From positions 1-32,904 of the IMG/VR virus record IMGVR_UViG_2778261269_000003: a DNA stretch of 32,904 nt; one strand, written 5' to 3'. Under the pieces are notes generated by a model. That model searched no databases, was not told where the DNA came from, and saw only the letters and a program-made list of their open reading frames with translations. A program made the translations under genes and the position numbers. How positions within the stretch are numbered: the first letter of the stretch is position 1; each line of letters opens with the position of its first letter. This stretch comes from a virus (Duplodnaviria > Heunggongvirae > Uroviricota > Caudoviricetes). Positions 1 through 7,965 of this stretch are shown one piece after another.

Positions 1-510
1 ATGGCTACATACGGCGGTCAGTTTACGCTTACAAAACAGGGGGACACAAAAGACACTATTACAAAAGAAAAAAGAAAAGATTATTCGTCAGAGAATTCTG
101 GCGAATCCTCTGACCAGCCAGAAAACGACCTTTCTGTGGTGAAACCGGATGCTGCAATTCAGAGCGGCAGCAAGTGGGGGACAGCAGAAGACCTGACCGC
201 CGCAGAGTGGATGTTTGACATGGTGAAGACCATCGCGCCATCAGCCAGAAAACCGAATTTTGCAGGGTGGGCTAACGATATCCGTCTGATGCGTGAACGT
301 GATGGACGTAACCACCGCGACATGTGTGTACTGTTCCGCTGGGCCTGCCAGGACAACTTCTGGTCCGGTAACGTGCTGAGTCCGGCCAAACTCCGCGACA
401 AGTGGACCCAGCTCGAAATCAACCGGAACAAGCAACAGGCTGGCGTGACAGCCGGAAAACCAAAACTCGACCTGACAAACACTGACTGGATTTACGGGGT
501 GGATTTATGA
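1..510 (+). CDS. O: Replication initiation protein O, C-terminal part; gene probably begins upstream of the window
   Basis: ORF runs from base 1 to stop at 508-510 and is immediately followed by a lambda P-like gene with ATGA overlap; translation recalled as matching the lambda O C-terminal region (by memory, not searched). Confidence 0.8.
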   Translation: MATYGGQFTLTKQGDTKDTITKEKRKDYSSENSGESSDQPENDLSVVKPDAAIQSGSKWGTAEDLTAAEWMFDMVKTIAPSARKPNFAGWANDIRLMRERDGRNHRDMCVLFRWACQDNFWSGNVLSPAKLRDKWTQLEINRNKQQAGVTAGKPKLDLTNTDWIYGVDL

Positions 511-1208
511 AAAACATCGCCGCACAGATGATTAACTTTGACCGTGAGCAGATGCGTCGGATCGCCAACAACATGCCGGAACAGTACGACGAAAAGCCGC
601 AGGTACAGCAGGTAGCGCAGATCATCAACGGTGTGTTCAGCCAGTTACTGGCAACTTTCCCGGCGAGCCTGGCTAACCGGGACCAGAACGAACTGAACGA
701 AATCCGCCGCCAGTGGGTTCTGGCTTTCCGGGAAAACGAGATCACCACAATGGAACAGGTTAACGCAGGAATGCGCGTAGCCCGTCGGCAGAATCGACCA
801 TTCCTGCCATCACCCGGGCAGTTTGTTGCATGGTGCCGTGAAGAAGCATCCGTTATTGCCGGACTGCCAAACGCCAGCGAGCTGGTTGATATGGTTTACG
901 AGTATTGCCGGAAGCGTGGCCTGTATCCGGATGCAGAGTCTTATCCGTGGAAATCAAACGCGCACTACTGGCTGGTTACCAACCTGTATCAGAACATGCG
1001 GGCCAATGCGTTGACTGACGCGGAATTACGGCGCAAGGCTGCCGATGAACTGTCCTGTATGACCGCGCGAATTAACCGTGGTGAGGCGATACCTGAACCA
1101 GTAAAACAACTTCCTGTCATGGGCGGTAGACCTCTAAATCGTGCACAGGCTCTGGCGAAGATCGCAGAAATCAAAGCTAAGTTCGGACTGAAAGGAGCAA
1201 GTGTATGA
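507..1208 (+). CDS. P: Replication protein P (DnaB helicase loader)
   Basis: 233 aa translation (MKNIAAQMINFDREQMRRIANNMPEQYDE...AKFGLKGASV) recalled as near-identical to lambda P; start overlaps the O stop. Confidence 0.93.
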   Translation: MKNIAAQMINFDREQMRRIANNMPEQYDEKPQVQQVAQIINGVFSQLLATFPASLANRDQNELNEIRRQWVLAFRENEITTMEQVNAGMRVARRQNRPFLPSPGQFVAWCREEASVIAGLPNASELVDMVYEYCRKRGLYPDAESYPWKSNAHYWLVTNLYQNMRANALTDAELRRKAADELSCMTARINRGEAIPEPVKQLPVMGGRPLNRAQALAKIAEIKAKFGLKGASV

Positions 1209-1495
1209 CGGGCAAAGAGGCAATTATTCATTACCTGGGGACGCATAATAGCTTCTGTGCGCCGGACGTTGCCGCGCTAACAGGCGCAACAGTAACCAGC
1301 ATAAATCAGGCTGCGGCTAAAATGGCACGGGCAGGTCTTCTGGTTATCGAAGGTAAGGTCTGGCGAACGGTGTATTACCGGTTTGCTACCAGGGAAGAAC
1401 GGGAAGGAAAGATGAGCACAAACCTGATTTTTAAGGAGTGTCGCCAGAGTGCCGCGATGAAACGGGTATTGGCGGTATATGGAGTTAAAAGATGA
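1205..1495 (+). CDS. ren: Ren protein (Rex exclusion resistance)
   Basis: 96 aa translation MTGKEAIIHYLGTHNSFCAPDVAALTG... recalled as lambda Ren; ATGA overlap with P stop. Confidence 0.88.
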   Translation: MTGKEAIIHYLGTHNSFCAPDVAALTGATVTSINQAAAKMARAGLLVIEGKVWRTVYYRFATREEREGKMSTNLIFKECRQSAAMKRVLAVYGVKR

Positions 1496-1520
1496 CCATC
1501 TACATTACTGAGCTAATAAC

Positions 1521-1552
1521 AGGCCTGCTGGTAATCGCAGGCCTTTTTATTT
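1521..1552 (+). terminator. Rho-independent terminator (lambda tR2 position)
   Basis: AGGCCTGC (1521-1528), 8-nt loop, GCAGGCCT (1537-1544), then TTTTTATTT; lies between ren and ninB. Confidence 0.6.
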
Positions 1553-1568
1553 GGGGGAGAGGGAAGTC

Positions 1569-2009
1569 ATGAAAAAACTAACCTTTGAAATTCGATCTCC
1601 AGCACATCAGCAAAACGCTATTCACGCAGTACAGCAAATCCTTCCAGACCCAACCAAACCAATCGTAGTAACCATTCAGGAACGCAACCGCAGCTTAGAC
1701 CAAAACAGGAAGCTATGGGCCTGCTTAGGTGACGTCTCTCGTCAGGTTGAATGGCATGGTCGCTGGCTGGATGCAGAAAGCTGGAAGTGTGTGTTTACCG
1801 CAGCATTAAAGCAGCAGGATGTTGTTCCTAACCTTGCCGGGAATGGCTTTGTGGTAATAGGCCAGTCAACCAGCAGGATGCGTGTAAGCGAATTTGCGGA
1901 TCTATTAGAGCTTATACAGGCATTCGGTACAGAGCGTGGCGTTAAGTGGTCAGACGAAGCGCGACTGGCTCTGGAGTGGAAAGCAAGATGGGGAGACAGG
2001 GCGGCATGA
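1569..2009 (+). CDS. ninB: NinB recombination protein (Orf family)
   Basis: 146 aa from ATG 1569 (MKKLTFEIRSPAHQQNAIHAV...) recalled as lambda NinB; the ORF-track start at 1551 is an upstream TTG. Confidence 0.88.
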   Translation: MKKLTFEIRSPAHQQNAIHAVQQILPDPTKPIVVTIQERNRSLDQNRKLWACLGDVSRQVEWHGRWLDAESWKCVFTAALKQQDVVPNLAGNGFVVIGQSTSRMRVSEFADLLELIQAFGTERGVKWSDEARLALEWKARWGDRAA

Positions 2010-2533
2010 CTATCAAATCAAATACGCCAGCACACGACAAGGACTGCTGGCAAACGCCGCTTTGGCTTTTTGATGCACTGGATATTGAGTTTGGATTCTG
2101 GCTGGATTCAGCTGCGAGCGACAAAAACGCTCTGTGCGCTCACTGGCTAACTGAGGCTGACGACGCGCTAAATTCTGAGTGGATAAGCCACGGTGCAATC
2201 TGGAATAACCCACCGTACAGCAATATCAGGCCGTGGGTGGAAAAAGCCGCTGAGCAGTGCATACAACAGCGACAGACGGTAGTGATGCTTGTGCCAGAGG
2301 ATATGTCAGTCGGATGGTTCAGCAAGGCTCTGGAGAGTGTCGACGAAGTTCGCATTATCACTGATGGACGGATTAATTTTATCGAACCATCGACGGGGCT
2401 GGAGAAGAAGGGAAACAGCAAAGGCTCCATGCTGCTGATTTGGCGACCGTTCATCAGTCCTCGACGGATGTTTACTACCGTATCCAAAGCGGCATTGATG
2501 GCGATCGGGCAGGGCGTCAGGAGGGCGGCATGA
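2006..2533 (+). CDS. Phage DNA N6-adenine methyltransferase (Dam-like)
   Basis: NPPY motif ([12 protein letters not shown]) in translation; ATG 2006 overlaps ninB stop (ATGA); sits where lambda has ninC/ninD. Confidence 0.75.
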   Translation: MTIKSNTPAHDKDCWQTPLWLFDALDIEFGFWLDSAASDKNALCAHWLTEADDALNSEWISHGAIWNNPPYSNIRPWVEKAAEQCIQQRQTVVMLVPEDMSVGWFSKALESVDEVRIITDGRINFIEPSTGLEKKGNSKGSMLLIWRPFISPRRMFTTVSKAALMAIGQGVRRAA

Positions 2534-2706
2534 GACGACAGCGACGAAGTATCACCGACATAATCTGCGAAAACTGCAAATACCTTCCAACGAAGCGCTC
2601 CAGAAATAAACGCAAGCCAATCCCAAAAGAATCTGACGTAAAAACCTTCAACTACACGGCTCACCTGTGGGATATCCGGTGGCTAAGACATCGTGCGAGG
2701 AAATGA
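2530..2706 (+). CDS. ninE: NinE protein
   Basis: Translation [27 protein letters not shown]... recalled as lambda NinE; ATGA overlap with the methyltransferase stop. Confidence 0.82.
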   Translation: MRRQRRSITDIICENCKYLPTKRSRNKRKPIPKESDVKTFNYTAHLWDIRWLRHRARK

Positions 2707-3110
2707 CAATGCTTTTAATTCAACCTGGATTTGGCCTTAGCATCAAAAAAGGGCACATGTTTGGCGAGAAAGAGTCTCAACGAAAAATGGTGTCTATCCG
2801 GTTGCCATTTATCAGTATTTATTGGCTAAACAGGGAGGCAACAAATTATTGGTATACCTGCGCCAGAGCAGCATTTAACGACCCTGAGTGGTTTGTAGAA
2901 AACCATCACGCTGTTCGTCAGGCAAAGAGAAAGGCCAATACGACATACATGAAGGCGTATCGAAAAGCATGGACAGAACACCGCGATCGATACCAACAAG
3001 ACATGGAAAAGCTTGAATCAGAAAACATGGAATTAAGACGAAAGCTCGGTGAAGCAAAACGAGACATTGATGCTTACAAGCGACTTTTTAATGGTGAAAG
3101 CCATGCTTAG
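2703..3110 (+). CDS. Hypothetical protein inserted between ninE and ninF (coiled-coil C-terminus)
   Basis: 135 aa ORF from ATG 2703 (ATGA overlap with ninE stop), ends 8 bp into ninF; no recognisable family. Confidence 0.4.
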   Translation: MTMLLIQPGFGLSIKKGHMFGEKESQRKMVSIRLPFISIYWLNREATNYWYTCARAAFNDPEWFVENHHAVRQAKRKANTTYMKAYRKAWTEHRDRYQQDMEKLESENMELRRKLGEAKRDIDAYKRLFNGESHA

Positions 3111-3279
3111 CCCATCCCAAACCCTTCAATACCAGAAAGAAAGCGTCGAACGAGCTTTAACGTGCGCTAACTGCGGTCAGAAACTGCATGTGCTGGAAGT
3201 TCACGTGTGCTCCGATTGCTGCGCAGAACTGATGAGCGATCCGAATAGCTCAATGTACGAGGAAGAAGACGATGAGTGA
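3103..3279 (+). CDS. ninF: NinF protein
   Basis: Translation from ATG 3103 [40 protein letters not shown]... recalled as lambda NinF (Cys-rich). Confidence 0.8.
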   Translation: MLSPSQTLQYQKESVERALTCANCGQKLHVLEVHVCSDCCAELMSDPNSSMYEEEDDE

Positions 3280-3484
3280 TTACCTGAAATGGTATCTCTG
3301 CCACCGCTGGTTAATTAAGTTTGCTGTAAAAGACTGGATGACAGCGGATGCCAACAAGCTTAAGCAAAGAAAAGACTATTACTACGCCAGAATGAAGGAA
3401 AACTACTGCTCAATTCGCACTCGCATATTTATTAAAAAAGACCTTCAGTCAATTCTTCAATTGCGAGGGAAGGTAAATGGCTAA
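3272..3484 (+). CDS. Small hypothetical protein
   Basis: 70 aa ORF overlapping ninF stop and the downstream start; AT-rich; no recognisable motif. Confidence 0.3.
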   Translation: MSDYLKWYLCHRWLIKFAVKDWMTADANKLKQRKDYYYARMKENYCSIRTRIFIKKDLQSILQLRGKVNG

Positions 3485-3767
3485 CCTACGCAAAGAAGCG
3501 CGCGGCAGAGAATGCCAGGTACGTATTTACGGCGTATGCAATGGCAACCCTGAAACTACAGTTCTGGCACATTACCGGATGGCTGGAATTTGCGGAACGG
3601 GAATGAAGCCTGACGACCTGCTCGGCGCATGGGCTTGTAGCGCGTGTCACGATGAAATCGACCGACGCACCCATAATCTCGACAACAAAGACGCCAGACT
3701 TTACCACCTCGAAGGCGTGATCAGGACGCAGGCGATACTGCTGAAGGAGGGGAAGATTAAGCCATGA
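3477..3767 (+). CDS. YbcO-like phage protein (DUF1364, putative nuclease)
   Basis: Translation MANLRKEARGRECQVRIYGVCNGNPETTVLAH...ACSACHDEIDRR recalled as E. coli DLP12 YbcO; GAAGG RBS before ATG 3477. Confidence 0.68.
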   Translation: MANLRKEARGRECQVRIYGVCNGNPETTVLAHYRMAGICGTGMKPDDLLGAWACSACHDEIDRRTHNLDNKDARLYHLEGVIRTQAILLKEGKIKP

Positions 3768-4126
3768 ACGAATATCAGTTTGTGCTTCCATACCCGCCGT
3801 CGCTGAACACCTACTGGCGAAGACGAGGAAGCCAATACTACATCAGCGATAAAGGCCAGAAATACCGAAAAGACGTTCAGCAAATCATTCGCCAACTCAA
3901 GTTAGACATTTTCACCAAATCACGACTCCGTATCAAAGTCATCGCAGACGTTCCAGACTCCCGCCGCCGCGACCTCGATAACATCCTGAAAGGTTTACTC
4001 GACTCCCTTATCCACGCCGGATTTGCGGAAGACGACGAGCAATTCGATGACATTCGCGTAATTCGTGGCGTGAAAGTACCAGGCGGAAGGCTTGGAATAA
4101 AAATCACCGAACTGGAGAACGCATGA
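3764..4126 (+). CDS. rusA: Holliday junction resolvase RusA
   Basis: 120 aa translation with RusA hallmarks (LPYPPSLNTYWRR..., DSRRRDLDNILKGLLD, GGRLGIKITELE); ATGA coupling to upstream gene. Confidence 0.85.
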   Translation: MNEYQFVLPYPPSLNTYWRRRGSQYYISDKGQKYRKDVQQIIRQLKLDIFTKSRLRIKVIADVPDSRRRDLDNILKGLLDSLIHAGFAEDDEQFDDIRVIRGVKVPGGRLGIKITELENA

Positions 4127-4311
4127 ACGCCACAATTCAAACGATACCAGAGCTTCTTATCCAGGCACGAGGCAATCAGACCGAAGTGGCAAGGATGCTT
4201 TCCTGCGCAAGAGGAACAGTGCTCAAGTACAACCGAGACAGCAAAGGCGAGCGTCATGTAATAGTTAACGGCGTCCTGATGGTCAAACAGGGCAAGAGGG
4301 GAAGACGATGA
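4123..4311 (+). CDS. ninH: NinH protein
   Basis: 62 aa translation (...GNQTEVARMLSCARGTVLKY...VNGVLMV) recalled as lambda NinH; ATGA overlap with rusA. Confidence 0.72.
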   Translation: MNATIQTIPELLIQARGNQTEVARMLSCARGTVLKYNRDSKGERHVIVNGVLMVKQGKRGRR

Positions 4312-4931
4312 GACTCGAAAGCGTAGCTAAATTTCATTCGCCAAAAAGCCCGATGATGAGCGACTCACCACGGGCTACGGCTTCTGACTCTCTTTCCGGT
4401 ACTGATGTGATGGCTGCTATGGGGATGGCGCAATCACAAGCCGGATTCGGAATGGCTGCATTCTGCGGTAAGCATGAACTCAGCCAGAACGACAAACAAA
4501 AGGCTATCAACTATCTGATGCAATTTGCACACAAGGTATCGGGGAAATACCGTGGTGTGGCAAAGCTCGAAGGAAATACTAAGGCAAAGGTACTGCAAGT
4601 GCTCGCAACATTCGCTTATGCGGATTATTGCCGTAGTGCCGCGACGCCGGGCGCAAGATGCAGAGATTGCCACGGCACTGGCCGGGCGGTTGATATAGCC
4701 AAAACAGAGCAGTGGGGGAGAGTTGTTGAGAAAGAGTGCGGAAGATGCAAAGGCGTTGGCTATTCAAGGATGCCAGCAAGCGCCGCATATCGCGCTGTAA
4801 CGATGCTAATCCCAAACCTTACTCAATCCACTTGGTCACGCACGGTTAAGCCGCTGTATGACGCTCTGGTGGTGCAATGCCACAAAGAAGAGTCAATCGC
4901 AGACAACATTTTGAATGCGGTCACACGTTAG
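4308..4931 (+). CDS. Q: Late gene antiterminator Q
   Basis: 207 aa translation MRLESVAKFHSPKSPMMSDSPRATASDSLSG... recalled as near-identical to lambda Q. Confidence 0.93.
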   Translation: MRLESVAKFHSPKSPMMSDSPRATASDSLSGTDVMAAMGMAQSQAGFGMAAFCGKHELSQNDKQKAINYLMQFAHKVSGKYRGVAKLEGNTKAKVLQVLATFAYADYCRSAATPGARCRDCHGTGRAVDIAKTEQWGRVVEKECGRCKGVGYSRMPASAAYRAVTMLIPNLTQSTWSRTVKPLYDALVVQCHKEESIADNILNAVTR

Positions 4932-4973
4932 CAGCATGATTGCCACGGATGGCAACATATTAACGGCATGATA

Positions 4974-5016
4974 TTGACTTTTTGAATAAACTTGGGTAAA
5001 TTTGACCCAACGATGG
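4974..5016 (+). promoter_or_regulatory. Late promoter PR' with qut (Q utilisation) site
   Basis: TTGACT (4974-4979), 17-nt spacer, TAAATT (4997-5002) directly after Q; sequence recalled as the lambda PR'/qut region. Confidence 0.6.
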
Positions 5017-5201
5017 GTTAATTCGCTCGTTGTGGTAGTGAGATGAAAAGAGGCGGCGCTTACTACCGATTCCGCCTAGTTGGTCACTTCGACGTATCGT
5101 CTGGAACTCCAACCATCGCAGGCTGAGAGGTCTGCAAAATGCAATCCCGAAACAGTTCGCAGGTAATAGTTAGAGCCTGCATAACGGTTTCGGGATTTTT
5201 T
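5010..5201 (+). ncRNA. Short PR' leader transcript (lambda 6S RNA equivalent) ending at tR'
   Basis: Inferred from PR' position and the downstream terminator; about 190 nt, as in lambda. Start point estimated, not measured. Confidence 0.45.
5144..5201 (+). terminator. tR' Rho-independent terminator (target of Q antitermination)
   Basis: ATCCCGAAAC (5144-5153) pairs with GTTTCGGGAT (5187-5196), inner GCAGG/CCTGC helix, then TTTTTT. Confidence 0.7.
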
Positions 5202-5597
5202 ATATCTGTGCAACAGGTAAGAGCATTTGTAGAGTTCGACTCTCTACCGTGGGCTTTTTCCCGCGATGCGAGCCATAAATGCTCTTTCCGTTGTGCTGAA
5301 TTAAGCGAATACCGGAAGCAGAACCGGATCATCAAATGCGTACAGGCGTCATCGCCGCCCAGCAACAGCACAACCCAAACTGAGCCGTAGCCACTGGCTA
5401 TCCTGAATTCATCAGTGATAGTTACGCTGCGGCCTTCTACGCATGACCTTCGTGAAAGCGGGTGGCAAGAGGCTGCGCTAACAACCTCCTGCCGTTTTGC
5501 CCGTGCATATCGGTCACGAACAAATCTGATTACTAAACACAGTAGCCTGGATTTGTTCTATCAGTAATCGACCTTATTCCTAATTAAATAGAGCAAA

Positions 5598-5627
5598 TCC
5601 CCTTATTGGGGGTAAGACATGAAGATG
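5598..5627 (+). promoter_or_regulatory. Holin dual-start region with sdi stem-loop
   Basis: TCCCC-TTATT-GGGGG hairpin immediately upstream of ATG-AAG-ATG (Met1 5619, Met3 5625), as in lambda S. Confidence 0.5.
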
Positions 5628-5942
5628 CCAGAAAAACATGACCTGTTAGCCGCCATTCTCGCGGCAAAGGAACAAGGCATCGGGGCAATCCTTGCGTTTG
5701 CAATGGCGTACCTTCGCGGCAGATATAATGGCGGTGCGTTTACAAAAACAGTAATCGACGCAACGATGTGCGCCATTATCGCCTGGTTCATTCGTGACCT
5801 TCTCGACTTCGCCGGACTAAGTAGCAATCTCGCTTATATAACGAGCGTGTTCATCGGCTACATCGGTACTGACTCGATTGGTTCGCTTATCAAACGCTTC
5901 GCAGCCAAAAAAGCCGGAGTTGAAGATGGTGGAAACCAATAA
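5619..5942 (+). CDS. S: Holin / antiholin S (S107 from Met1, S105 from Met3)
   Basis: 107 aa translation [34 protein letters not shown]... recalled as lambda S. Confidence 0.93.
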   Translation: MKMPEKHDLLAAILAAKEQGIGAILAFAMAYLRGRYNGGAFTKTVIDATMCAIIAWFIRDLLDFAGLSSNLAYITSVFIGYIGTDSIGSLIKRFAAKKAGVEDGGNQ

Positions 5943-6402
5943 ACAGCGCAAAGCATTCTTAGACATGCTGGCGTGGTCAGAAGGTACTGACAAAAAAGGA
6001 CAGCCTACAAATAACCGCGGTTACGATGTGATTGTCGGTGGATCGTTATTCACTGATTATTCAGATCACCCTCGCAAGCTGGTAACGCTGAATCCGAAAC
6101 TGAAATCTACGGCTGCCGGTCGGTATCAGATACTGTCGCGTTGGTGGGATGCCTACCGCAAGCAGCTTGGTCTGAAAGATTTCTCTCCTGCCAGTCAGGA
6201 TGCTGTCGCATTGCAGCAGATTAAAGAACGCCGCGCACTGGAGTTAATAGACTCTGGCGACATCCGTCAGGCAATCGATCGCTGCAGCAATATCTGGGCA
6301 TCACTACCCGGGGCAGGTTACGGTCAGTTTGAGCACAAAGCGGATAACCTTATCGCCAAATTCAAAGAGGCTGGCGGCACGGTAAACGAGCCAAAATCAT
6401 GA
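5926..6402 (+). CDS. R: Endolysin R (lytic transglycosylase)
   Basis: Translation from ATG 5926 [22 protein letters not shown]...GYDVIVGG recalled as lambda R; start overlaps S 3' end. Confidence 0.92.
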   Translation: MVETNKQRKAFLDMLAWSEGTDKKGQPTNNRGYDVIVGGSLFTDYSDHPRKLVTLNPKLKSTAAGRYQILSRWWDAYRKQLGLKDFSPASQDAVALQQIKERRALELIDSGDIRQAIDRCSNIWASLPGAGYGQFEHKADNLIAKFKEAGGTVNEPKS

Positions 6403-6860
6403 GCCGATTAACCGCAATCTTCATTGCTGTTGTCGTCTGCGTCATCGTGTCGCTTGGATGGGCTGTTAATCACTACCGCCACAACGCCATCACCTACAAA
6501 GACCAGCGCGACAAAGCCACCAAGAATCTCAGCCTGGCTAACGCCACCATCAAAGATATGCAGGTACGCCAGCGAGATGTCGCTGCACTGGATGCCAAAT
6601 ACACCGGAGAACTGGCTGATGCCAAGGCTACTATCGATCAGCTTGAGCGCGATGTTGCTTCTGGCAAGCGTCGGTTGCAGCTCAACGCCAGATGTCCCGC
6701 GAGCGGAGAGACCGGCACCGGCGGCATGGGCGATGCTTCCGGCCCCCGACTTACTGAATCCGCTGAACGGGATTATTTCACCCTCAGAGAGCGGATCATC
6801 ACAGTAACGAAGCAGGTAGGCTATCTGCAGGGATACATCAGAGAGCAATGCCTCAAATAA
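6399..6860 (+). CDS. Rz: i-spanin Rz
   Basis: 153 aa with N-terminal TM segment and coiled-coil periplasmic domain, recalled as lambda Rz; ATGA overlap with R. Confidence 0.88.
   Translation: MSRLTAIFIAVVVCVIVSLGWAVNHYRHNAITYKDQRDKATKNLSLANATIKDMQVRQRDVAALDAKYTGELADAKATIDQLERDVASGKRRLQLNARCPASGETGTGGMGDASGPRLTESAERDYFTLRERIITVTKQVGYLQGYIREQCLK
6619..6807 (+). CDS. Rz1: o-spanin Rz1 (lipoprotein embedded in +1 frame of Rz)
   Basis: ATG 6619 preceded by GGAGA; translation [20 protein letters not shown]... has a lipobox and Pro-rich tail ending NGIISPSE as in lambda Rz1. Confidence 0.72.
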   Translation: MPRLLSISLSAMLLLASVGCSSTPDVPRAERPAPAAWAMLPAPDLLNPLNGIISPSESGSSQ

Positions 6861-6861
6861 C

Positions 6862-6888
6862 AGCCTCGCAATAGCGGGGCTTTTTTTA
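6862..6888 (+). terminator. Rho-independent terminator after lysis cassette
   Basis: 8-bp stem AGCCTCGC/GCGGGGCT (one G-U), loop AATA, followed by seven T. Confidence 0.6.
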
Positions 6889-6910
6889 TGCGCATCGCAG
6901 CGCGTTACAA

Positions 6911-6996
6911 ACCGAGAGCCTATAGGAAGCGAGCCTGAGATAAATCGTTATCTCTCGGGGCGACTTATCTATGCGAACAGGCTCGCAACTTATAGG
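6911..6996. repeat. Nested inverted-repeat (dyad symmetry) cluster
   Basis: GAGATAA-ATCG-TTATCTC (6937-6954); GCGAGCCTG (6929-6937) vs CAGGCTCGC (6978-6986); CCGAGAG (6912-6918) vs CTCTCGG (6952-6958); extra TTATCT half-site at 6965-6970. Confidence 0.5.
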
Positions 6997-7002
6997 TGAA
7001 TT

Positions 7003-7434
7003 ATGAAGAAGTTGATGACTACTGCTTTTGTATTCGTGCTGGTCTGGGGGCTGTTTGGCCTGCTGGTCTACGCGACTTTACAGGGCGACCACTCATTGAT
7101 GAGCATCGTCGTAGCGGCTTACTGGGCGATTATAGTTCTTGCCTGCTTCATCTCGCCTCTGTTTCTTGTGGCTGTGCTCATGGCAGGGAAAGAGAGTGAC
7201 CCAATGGAGCGTGCCAAGCTGTTAATCCCACTGAAGGACTATTACAAACGCAAGGGGGCGACTAGGAAGTTCATTAGCCTTGCGACCATGGCGGCAATTT
7301 TCGTCATGTTGTCTTATTCCGGCTGGGTGTTCACATCGTTGTTTTACATCTTGGCGTGTGGCTTTGTCACGGTGCTTAATTCGGTCGGCAGAGACAAGTT
7401 CGAAGAACTGACAGGCCACATCGTTAAGTTGTGA
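7003..7434 (+). CDS. Hypothetical integral membrane protein (about 4 predicted TM segments), moron candidate
   Basis: 143 aa, strongly hydrophobic segments; occupies the position where lambda has bor. Confidence 0.5.
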   Translation: MKKLMTTAFVFVLVWGLFGLLVYATLQGDHSLMSIVVAAYWAIIVLACFISPLFLVAVLMAGKESDPMERAKLLIPLKDYYKRKGATRKFISLATMAAIFVMLSYSGWVFTSLFYILACGFVTVLNSVGRDKFEELTGHIVKL

Positions 7435-7585
7435 CTCATTACAGAAGCTCTTCACTGAGGGGCTTCGATAATGATCTGTGTAACCCCGCAAGGATGGTGA
7501 TCACATCTTGCTGACGGGTAAGCCGTAAGTGGCTAAGCACATCTGAGAAGCTGAGCGAACGCTGCGACACGGCTAAGAGGTAATC

Positions 7586-7804
7586 ATGCCAGGCATCTAC
7601 CAAATCACCCTCACGACCCAAACAGGCGAAACCTTCACCGGAAAGATGACTGGGAGTCAGCCTGAGTTGGTTAATGGCTTTGTGCCGCTGGCGACCGAGA
7701 CTGGCGAGTGGTTGTATTTCGCTCCCGCCGATGTGAAGCGCGTGGAGTTCACGCCAGTACCGGTAGAGAAGACCGAACAGCCAGCAGACGAAACAACGGA
7801 GTAA
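7586..7804 (+). CDS. Small hypothetical protein
   Basis: 72 aa ORF with AAGAGG RBS 7 nt before ATG; acidic C-terminus. Confidence 0.45.
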   Translation: MPGIYQITLTTQTGETFTGKMTGSQPELVNGFVPLATETGEWLYFAPADVKRVEFTPVPVEKTEQPADETTE

Positions 7805-7807
7805 CCC

Positions 7808-7954
7808 ATGATTATCACCACCAAAGTTTCTCTTCGGCCTTACATGAAGCCGCTACTTATTCTGTCGGCGTTGCTTCACTGGGATTGGTTAACCGGTAAA
7901 TGTTTCAAAGTTGAAATGGTTGACGGCAATACGGCGACCATCGAATCGAAATAA
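7808..7954 (+). CDS. Very small hypothetical ORF (48 aa)
   Basis: ATG 7808 with GGAG about 7 nt upstream, stop TAA 7952-7954; below the ORF-track length cutoff. Confidence 0.25.
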   Translation: MIITTKVSLRPYMKPLLILSALLHWDWLTGKCFKVEMVDGNTATIESK

Positions 7955-7965
7955 TGGAGTAACGA

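Noticed and set aside
5084-5390. ORFs of 83 aa (+) and 95 aa (-) in the late leader region between Q and S
   Set aside because: They span the 6S RNA and tR' terminator of the conserved lambda-like leader, which I recall as non-coding in lambda; no RBS seen.
6424-6618. Long N-terminal extension of the Rz1 frame (ORF track start at 6424)
   Set aside because: The lipoprotein signal peptide and lipobox begin near Met 6619, which has a GGAGA RBS; the upstream part is just open frame within Rz.
6951-6972. GGGGCGACTT motif loosely resembling the lambda cohesive-end sequence GGGCGGCGACCT
   Set aside because: Similarity is short and imperfect, and the packaging genes are not lambda Nu1/A type; kept only as part of the dyad-region finding.
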